Source: Verrucomicrobiia bacterium (GTDB taxonomy: Bacteria; Patescibacteriota; Saccharimonadia; Saccharimonadales; JAGQNK01). Taken from it: DNA of 64,000 nucleotides. Shown here in pieces: positions 10,301-15,429 of the stretch. The translations under genes were made by a program, and so were the position numbers. Position 1 is the stretch's first letter. Every line of letters starts with the position of its first letter. The stretch lies in contig DATHJY010000013.1 in assembly GCA_035489575.1 (NCBI GenBank), positions 283,346 through 347,345 of the forward strand. The letters are read 5' to 3'. Under the pieces are notes generated by a model, which saw only the letters and a program-made list of their open reading frames with translations, did not search any database and had not been told where the DNA came from.

Positions 10301-10497
10301 GGAGCCGTAGAGCCTGCATCTAACCCACCACTTACCAGTGGTCTTTCACCCTCTGTATGGACTTCTAGCGATTCAATGGGAAATTCTTGGTGTGACGAAT
10401 AGCTAGACACAGGCACGTTAGCGTCTGCACCCTCAAGAGATTCTGACTCGCCTTTTGGGCGTATCAGCTGAGTTGGAGGAAGTGATTTGTCTTCCAT
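4393..10497 (-). CDS. Giant (2034 aa) membrane-anchored Gly/Thr/Ala-rich repeat protein with tail-fibre-like modules
   Basis: Uninterrupted 6.1-kb ORF. It has an ~80-aa N-terminal tail, then a TM helix (LVSLVITALVVLATVAVAFMVF). Cys-pair motifs recur (ICLDSNNC, VCTTQGNC, VCLNTGNC, FCLVTLGNC, ICLNTGNC, FCLLTLANC). A C-proximal IGIGTTSPGARLHIV motif resembles those in tail-fibre-domain proteins. Confidence 0.9.
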   Translation of the reverse strand: MEDKSLPPTQLIRPKGESESLEGADANVPVSSYSSHQEFPIESLEVHTEGERPLVSGGLDAGSTAPTNRSVPFSRRRATLVSLVITALVVLATVAVAFMVFRRGPEKRDALSSVPTQDVSFDAVNGLSPSELQGAEASLLVNGDIITRGVIKVRSGNFFTTLRSTELTANQIITMPNASGTICLDSNNCSSASQAQFTQLQTQVNQLVIPGAGVTNLNDQTGAITIQGSLNRIAVTTSGGDITITTPQDLDANANVQFNSLTVNATGEIKGNFIRQTGAGNDITIDAAGDNVVLVDGGRTFVLPGGGGATQTVCTTQGNCGGGGATPVILAPGVAQTDSTADASIFINDTGGGSLIQLQSGGVDRLVVAPSGDTTIGGTLTVSGLGSGVVRSTGGLLSVGLVNLATEVTGTLTVTNGGTGAASLTANGVLVGNGASAITSVVSGGAGLCLISNVGAPSWQACPGGGGVTTLNAMAGAITVQGTANQINVVSGAGLITLSTPQDIATTSDVQFDALDLTGYMHSSNSIDIDTRAAIGNGTTEYASNATADPSKTLLVTNTFNSGIDCLNGCAGVMSVAEMGSATNPSMLSAYRGAVNVDAGRSLTAATGLFVETPNIEAGGSIGVSYGVYVDTLNNAGSNIGIYVQSASTYGIWIDGGLSRFDNGVWLEGGTPLEIEGATNDTFGTTIGVVDPTADRTILFPNQTGTVCLNTGNCVGAGGSAPNAATYLVTTLDPTLTNERAVIAGTNISLADGGAGGNFTIATVDNPIFSTSVTTPLLTSTGALTVTPGGVMTLGATGQTALLQGSTASITSTGAGNDITLTSADQIILNAGSTIALQDNTNITGHLGVGTGTAGPNAVVGINETFDSGYVCGGFGCYGSLILVTANNPTGLNDGVAGMFASVSTAAAGFTLDRAVAVVAGAGVLGGGSAVGENVGVLVENQTKGTNDYGVWIQGADTYALWVDSGISRFDGNLEFEGSTDDAFEFTLAVADPTADRTYTIPNSSAATDTFCLVTLGNCAGSGGGVTGSGTNNRVAKFTSTGSTIGDSTLTDDGTNVSTTGDITIQGGDATVGTTSQVGSLILNDGSSNTATITTGAFAGNRIYTLPDVGGNADICLNTGNCAGSGGGITGTGTNNTLTKFTGTGTVGNSSVTDNGTTVAVGAALNVSGNTDLAGTLFVGTADAFQVSSSGAVTAVGINAGGAISGVTTLTASGTINTTGGVLQTNSTTRVDNSGNLTNIGNITGTGGVTIASAAGGDVIIDGADEFVVQDAAVFNAQSSFNSDVDVVLTDSENWSVGSTITGTTSVSVLNMAVTNNTSSGTQNLALLQNAAGSGVTDGLLVLDNADSDTAVSGAIIVTSAAGGITNAIDVSDIDITNALLFGANDIIGTNFTIAGATGATTIGSAIQQGTLTLHDGDGQTATISVGSALATNTALAIPTTVSASDTFCLLTLANCAGSGTNSFQTISVPAGTNPQAASGTDTLTLAVTGTNLTVTGNSGTDTITFDIVESALAGNGLVANSNALDVNTGNGLELNSDAVRVNQDFSFGWTADHTWTLSNTEDLAVSSTLTGTNAADVFNLTITNQTSSGTQRGIVVSNANDAANATTEALLVIDNAETTANSVTDYLLLTTASTDTTTDAIDVSDSDFFNAINVDSNFILGNGIRQFSSSATVWTFEDTSGNDLLTVTDAGTTGNLAVTGNTTLTGTLQVNGNSTIGNANTDTLTINGTTVSIPNDLDFGRSESLLFLCTTNGSPCDRKIGIGTTSPGARLHIVQKADGINEGLRVKDSGGNSAVNIYYNNPGALAFIDVVGTYQMGHITSLAQSGQLNAGRLLTLKSFNESSLGGISFDIGGSEIARFNTNNQLVLSNGAAGTPALSFLSDADTGVYRGGADDLRLAAGGQSQLRATVNGIFIEERLVLGVDTRTIASTGDASPAALTLNPNSSYVEITCNDPDTCDITMDEAAPVAGGQAVYVVNVSANIVDFADTAGVTELAGACAASQYDTLSMLYVDAAILRWVELSRSNNSGVGGCA

Positions 10498-10609
10498 ATT
10501 TGTATTTGAAAATTTTTGTTTGGATTACCCCTGTAATAATACAGGGACTCTTGAATATAAAGAGACTATCCCACCACAACTATAGGTGGCTTAAGCACAA
10601 ATAACAACA

Positions 10610-11443
10610 TTATATCCACAGGATTAGATAAATTGCCGCTAAGCCGACTAGGAGCACGACAACTGCGATCAAAATAACACGCACCATTTCCTTCTGAATT
10701 ATCCTTCGAGCCATTGGATTGCGACCCAGAGCCACCAAGGCGCTCGATACGGCACCGTAGATAATACCCCCTTCGGCCACCAACACAGCCAGGAAGATAA
10801 TAAGCGCGATAAGCACCCGAACCTCACCAATTTCCCTACCGGTAATAGCTCGTCCTAATCTTCGAAGCGAAGAGTCGGTTATACCCGCCTGCTGATTAGA
10901 GGCTGCCTTGTGGTCCAAATTAACCCGTAGCTTAGCAATCTTGACGTCCTTATGCCCGCCACCATCGGTAACAGATTTTGTCTCAGCGCTGCTGGCGTCA
11001 AAGTCCTCCAGTGCAATACCTACTACTACAGCCGGATTAATATCGGCCTTCATCAGAACACCTTTCAGCGGTGAAACTGTTAGTAAATTTCCAGACTTTA
11101 TATCGCCGTTGATATCACTTGCGTAAGCATCAACCTCACCGGTAGTTTCTACGTATACCTGCTGCCCTCCTGAGCCTATCGTCACCAGCTCTTCGTCCGG
11201 ATTAGTTGTAACGCCAATTATTCTAGATTCATTCTCTGATGAAGCACGTTCAACCTTTGGAGCATCAGGCGTACTGTGATCACTCAGACCCGCAGCCATA
11301 CCAAGCTTCAGTTCGGGATCGGTAGTAATGTACCCCTTGGCAATCCCAAAAACCGGCACAGCAACACCGAATATCAGACCAATAAAAATAACCGAGATAA
11401 ATTTCAGGCAGTAGGACTTTATAATCTGGTGGCGTATTTTCAT
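10610..11443 (-). CDS. Hypothetical polytopic membrane protein (~278 aa)
   Basis: ORF track 10610-11503. I prefer the ATG at 11443 (MKIRHQIIKSYCLKFISVIFIGLIFGVAVPVFG) because the upstream 20 codons overlap a promoter-like region. The C-terminal third is hydrophobic (VLIALIIFLAVLVAEGGIIYGAV, VILIAVVVLLVGLAAIYLILWI). Confidence 0.6.
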   Translation of the reverse strand: MKIRHQIIKSYCLKFISVIFIGLIFGVAVPVFGIAKGYITTDPELKLGMAAGLSDHSTPDAPKVERASSENESRIIGVTTNPDEELVTIGSGGQQVYVETTGEVDAYASDINGDIKSGNLLTVSPLKGVLMKADINPAVVVGIALEDFDASSAETKSVTDGGGHKDVKIAKLRVNLDHKAASNQQAGITDSSLRRLGRAITGREIGEVRVLIALIIFLAVLVAEGGIIYGAVSSALVALGRNPMARRIIQKEMVRVILIAVVVLLVGLAAIYLILWI

Positions 11444-11506
11444 AACCGTAAGCAACTTGCTGTAAAGTATGCGATTATTTAGGCCCAAACACAAGAGGTG
11501 CAAACT

Positions 11507-11533
11507 AAAAAAGCCCCCTGACCGGGGGCTTTT
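11507..11533. terminator. Bidirectional intrinsic terminator hairpin downstream of rplU
   Basis: aaaaaaGCCCCCtgaccGGGGGCtttt: a 6-bp GC stem flanked by an A-run and a T-run. Confidence 0.7.
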
Positions 11534-11545
11534 AGGCTATCTTTT

Positions 11546-11854
11546 TTAGGCTATCTTACTAACCTTGATAATCGTGTGGTGCTGTCGATGACCACGCAGT
11601 TTGTGGACACGTTTTTTTGCTTTGTATCGAATAGCTGTCACCTTATCTGCTTTTACGTCAGCATCGACGATATCAGCAGAAACTTTTGCCCCGCTAACCT
11701 CAGGCGTTCCAACAGTGGTTTTATCACCGTCGATCACAAGAAGGGGGACAAATGTAGCAGTTTTGCCTTCTTGTTTGAGTAGTTCAACTTCAAGAGTCTC
11801 ACCTTCTGCGACTAGGTACTGCTTGCCACCTGTCGCAATTACAGCTTTTTTCAT
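11546..11854 (-). CDS. rplU: 50S ribosomal protein L21
   Basis: 102 aa. MKKAVIATGGKQYLVAEGETL...KLRGHRQHHT is typical of bL21. Confidence 0.9.
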   Translation of the reverse strand: MKKAVIATGGKQYLVAEGETLEVELLKQEGKTATFVPLLVIDGDKTTVGTPEVSGAKVSADIVDADVKADKVTAIRYKAKKRVHKLRGHRQHHTIIKVSKIA

Positions 11855-11923
11855 AGTTACTTTCTTCTTAGAAAAATAGTTACCGATGGATCTTAACAGA
11901 TACAGATGGCTTTGTCAAAGGAG

Positions 11924-14812
11924 TTACGCTTGACGTGATAGCCTGATGACCAGCTCACTATCATTTATCTTGTTTGATGCTTCGTAGTCTCCGCTACCTT
12001 CTTTGGTTAGATGATTCGCCAGCGTTTCGGCCTTGATAGTATCGGTATGCTCATGAATAGCTTTCTCAAGTTCTTCGTCTTTCGTAGCCAGCACCAACGC
12101 AATTCTATCGTCCACATTCAGACCTGCTGCCTTACGCGCACTCTGCACATTGCGTACCACCTCGCGCATGAGGCCTTCACGCTTAAGAGTTGGCGTCATC
12201 TGCAAGTCCAATATGACCGTTACGTCATTTGTTTTATTGCACTCAATCTCCTTAACATTCAGTTCTTCCTTAATGATAGCCTCGTAGTCCTCGAGGTTAT
12301 CCATGAAATAGGCTGGCGCACTGCCAAAGGAGACTTTAGCCAAAGGCTGTCTGACTTTTATGCCCTCCTTAGCTCGCACAGAAAGACCAGTATTGATAAC
12401 TTCGCGGGTAAACCGCATGTTATCAACTACAACCTCGTTAACATGCCCTACCTCTGGCCAGTCCGCTAAGTGCACCGATTCACCACCCGTAAGCTTCTGG
12501 TACAACTCTTCGGCAAGGAAAGGTGTGAAAGGAGCCATGACATGCGCCAGCTGCATCAGAACGTAATGGAGGGTTTTGTATGCATCGTTCTTGTCGTCAC
12601 TGTCGCCGCTCTTCCAGAAGCGTCGACGAGAGCGACGAACATACCAGTTAGAGGCGTCTTCGATGAAAGGCAGAATCGGCTTCGTGGCGTTCGGGAGGTC
12701 ATACTTATCCATATGCTGTTCAACTTCATGAATCAGCTGGTGCAGCCGAGATACAATCCATTGATCCAGTGGATTCTTGAGGTCGCTCGCCGGGTCTTGG
12801 CACGTGCCGTCCCACTCCCAGCCATCAACCTCGGCATACATAGTAAAGAAGTCATACATATTCCAAACCATACTCAGTTTGCGTGCCGTATCAGCCACTT
12901 CCTTATCCGTTAGCGCGAAGTCCTCAGCGTTAAGTATTGGCGAGCTAAGTAGTAAAAATCTCAACGAATCCGCACTATATGTATCCATCAGTACGTTGGG
13001 GTCAGTATAGTTTCCAAAGCTCTTACTCATCTTTCGACCATCGTTACCGGCAAGCGTACCCGTGACGATCACATTCTTGAAAGAGTTCTTGCCAAACAAC
13101 CCCACACTCACTGCATGAAGGTAGTAAAACCAGGCCCGAACCTGACCCACATACTCTACGATATAATCTCCGGGGAAATTTTGTTCAAACTTCTCTTGGT
13201 TCTCGAATGGGTAGTGGAACTGCGCAAAGGGCATAGATCCGCTCTCGAACCAACAGTCCAACACCTTATCTATGCGTTTGTATTCAACGCCGTCCAGCCT
13301 GAAGGTCACGTCATCAACCCATGGTCGGTGATAGTCTTCAAGCTCTATCCCTGATAGGTCTTTGAGCTCTTGATAGCTTCCGACCACCTTGATGTGTTCT
13401 TTGCCATCCTTGTCCGTGCCTTTCCAGACCGGCATAGCCGTAGCCCAAAAGCGGTCACGGCTCAGGTTCCAGTCCGGAGCACTCTGAACAGTTTTTGCGA
13501 AGCGTCCGTTCTTGATATGTCCCGGGAACCAATTAATATCCCCATTCTGCTCAAGCATCCCTTCGCGCTGACCATTGATATCCATAAACCAACTTGGGTG
13601 CGCCCGGTACATCAGTCTGTTATGGCAGCGGTGGCAGTGAGGATAGCTATGGGTGACATATTCTATTTTCCACACCATGCCTCGAGCATGGAGTTCTTTA
13701 GCAATTGGCTTGTTCACTTCCCAGATATTTTCACCCTGCCACTCACCATCAACGTACAGGCCGTTATCATCAACGTTATTCACAAAGGGAAATCCCTTCT
13801 CCTTTGCCAGGTGATAATCTTCTTCACCAAACGCGGGTGCCAGGTGAACAATACCCGTGCCCTCTTTGAGTGATACATAGTCTGCATGCCAGACCCGATG
13901 AGCCTTGTCGCCACGATCTTCAAAAAGTGGCTCATAAGACTTGCCAACCAAGTCCTTGCCCTTGAGGGTACGTAGTAACTTATACGACAATACTTGATGT
14001 TTCTCATCTGTTAGGACTTTGCCTAGCAGATCCTTGGCGAGGATCAGTTTCTGACCGTCCACCTCGATTTCGGCGTATAGCTCTTCTTGATTAACGGCAA
14101 CAGCCGTATTGGCCGGCAGAGTCCAAGGGGTAGTTGTCCAGGCTAGCAAGGACGTACCCTCATCTTTCAGTTTGAACTTTACAAAGACCGAAGGATCAGT
14201 CACGTCCTGATAGCTATTGTCCATAGCAACCTCAGCCTTAGAGATAGGCGTAGCATCGCGCGTACAGTAAAGCAGTACCTTTTCTCCTTCATAGATCTTA
14301 CCGGCGTCATACAGCTCCTTAAAAGCCCACCAGACTGATTCCATGTAGTCTTTATCCATGGTTTTGTAGGCACCCCTGAAGTCTACCCAGCGACCAACGC
14401 GATCAATAGTGTCCTCCCAGAGGTTGCCAGTCTGAACCATGTTTGCCCGACAGGTAGTGATGTACTCTTCCAGACTCACCTTTGTACCGATGTCTCGCTT
14501 GTCTTTGATACCAAGTTTTTTCTCAGTAAAGACTTCTGCCGGTAGGCCATGGCAATCCCAACCCCAAACACGCTCCACTCGTTTGCCTTTCATCGTCCAG
14601 TAGCGTGGCACTGCGTCTTTGGCGATAGAGCTCAGGAGCGTTCCATGGTGTGGTTCTCCGGTGATAAAGGGAGGACCATCGTAGAACACATACGAGTTTT
14701 CTTTTGGTCGGTTTTCTACCGACTTCTCAAAGGTCTTATGTTCTTTCCAGTATTTGACGAGATCTTTTTCGTACTCGAGTGGCTTGCGTCTGGTGCCTTG
14801 TTTAAACTTCAT
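11924..14812 (-). CDS. ileS: Isoleucine--tRNA ligase (type 2-like, 962 aa)
   Basis: FYDGPPFITGEPHHGT (HIGH-type motif), GWDCHGLPAE and KMSKSFGNY (KMSKS). The upstream leader displays an AUC specifier. Confidence 0.85.
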   Translation of the reverse strand: MKFKQGTRRKPLEYEKDLVKYWKEHKTFEKSVENRPKENSYVFYDGPPFITGEPHHGTLLSSIAKDAVPRYWTMKGKRVERVWGWDCHGLPAEVFTEKKLGIKDKRDIGTKVSLEEYITTCRANMVQTGNLWEDTIDRVGRWVDFRGAYKTMDKDYMESVWWAFKELYDAGKIYEGEKVLLYCTRDATPISKAEVAMDNSYQDVTDPSVFVKFKLKDEGTSLLAWTTTPWTLPANTAVAVNQEELYAEIEVDGQKLILAKDLLGKVLTDEKHQVLSYKLLRTLKGKDLVGKSYEPLFEDRGDKAHRVWHADYVSLKEGTGIVHLAPAFGEEDYHLAKEKGFPFVNNVDDNGLYVDGEWQGENIWEVNKPIAKELHARGMVWKIEYVTHSYPHCHRCHNRLMYRAHPSWFMDINGQREGMLEQNGDINWFPGHIKNGRFAKTVQSAPDWNLSRDRFWATAMPVWKGTDKDGKEHIKVVGSYQELKDLSGIELEDYHRPWVDDVTFRLDGVEYKRIDKVLDCWFESGSMPFAQFHYPFENQEKFEQNFPGDYIVEYVGQVRAWFYYLHAVSVGLFGKNSFKNVIVTGTLAGNDGRKMSKSFGNYTDPNVLMDTYSADSLRFLLLSSPILNAEDFALTDKEVADTARKLSMVWNMYDFFTMYAEVDGWEWDGTCQDPASDLKNPLDQWIVSRLHQLIHEVEQHMDKYDLPNATKPILPFIEDASNWYVRRSRRRFWKSGDSDDKNDAYKTLHYVLMQLAHVMAPFTPFLAEELYQKLTGGESVHLADWPEVGHVNEVVVDNMRFTREVINTGLSVRAKEGIKVRQPLAKVSFGSAPAYFMDNLEDYEAIIKEELNVKEIECNKTNDVTVILDLQMTPTLKREGLMREVVRNVQSARKAAGLNVDDRIALVLATKDEELEKAIHEHTDTIKAETLANHLTKEGSGDYEASNKINDSELVIRLSRQA

Positions 14813-15056
14813 GATATTTGCTCCTTAGATATAAAAAATCATCTCTCTTGAATATCAGAACCCCTTTAGGGGTGGTACCATCTGATTTCCAAAAGAGATG
14901 ACTCTTTTAGCACTTACTTATCGCTGTTACGGGCTGCCCGACAGGTTCTACTTATTCCGAGCCCATTGAAGGATTTGCTCAAAACTTTCTTCCCGTAGCT
15001 CGTGGTTGATAGCCACTTTTCTAGCTGTGCTAGATCGCCTTTTCCAAATTGTTACA
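14813..15056 (-). promoter_or_regulatory. T-box leader (Ile specifier AUC) of ileS
   Basis: In the RNA sense: AAUCAGA-UGGUACC-ACCCC-uaaa-GGGGU-UCUGAU, a textbook antiterminator with the 7-nt T-box bulge at 14873-14880. A U-run follows. The GUGG-CUAUCAA-CCAC hairpin (15002-15016) shows AUC+A at 15008-15010. The -10 TACAAT is at 15063-15068. Confidence 0.65.
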
Positions 15057-15094
15057 GGGGTAATTGTAGCGCATACAACACCTCTTACGCAAGT

Positions 15095-15358
15095 TTACGA
15101 GTTTGCGTATCCGGCTACTTCATCCATGAGGGGTAGCGAGGGTCCTGGCCACACCTTGGCCAACTCACCGTCGTCCCTTACCGCCAATAGCGACGGATAC
15201 TGAACAATGTCGTATAACCTTGCCATGTCCGATCCATCCCTTGTCTCAAGATCCTTGAGCTCTATTACCTTGCCACGCTGCGACTCAAAGTCATGGGCGT
15301 ACTCTTCCATCTGGCGCGCAAACTCGCCTTTTGAATGGTACAAGATGATCAATTTCAT
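15095..15358 (-). CDS. Small thioredoxin-fold-like protein without a CxxC motif (87 aa)
   Basis: ORF track. MKLIILYHSKGEFARQ... has HSKG where glutaredoxin/NrdH proteins carry CxxC. It lies directly downstream of nrdJ. Confidence 0.5.
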   Translation of the reverse strand: MKLIILYHSKGEFARQMEEYAHDFESQRGKVIELKDLETRDGSDMARLYDIVQYPSLLAVRDDGELAKVWPGPSLPLMDEVAGYANS

Positions 15359-15383
15359 GCCACTAGTCTACCATAAGCAAAAT

Positions 15384-15410
15384 AAAAGAGAGGTGCATCA
15401 CCTCTCTTTT
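15384..15410. terminator. Intrinsic terminator hairpin after nrdJ
   Basis: aaaAGAGAGGTGcatCACCTCTCTttt: a 9-bp stem with A/T runs on both sides. Confidence 0.7.
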
Positions 15411-15429
15411 ATTGTTCCTCGACTAGGGC

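Noticed and set aside
160-10402. More than 30 plus-strand ORFs of 60-224 aa from the ORF track (for example 9083-9757, 6749-7270, 4286-4834 and 5105-5620), all antisense to the giant genes.
   Set aside because: They are shadow ORFs. Their Pro/Val/Ser/Thr-rich low-complexity products are what the reverse complement of Gly/Thr/Ala-rich codons produces. They tile the region in several frames and overlap one another. The minus strand carries uninterrupted ORFs of 3.4 kb and 6.1 kb with coherent repeat motifs.
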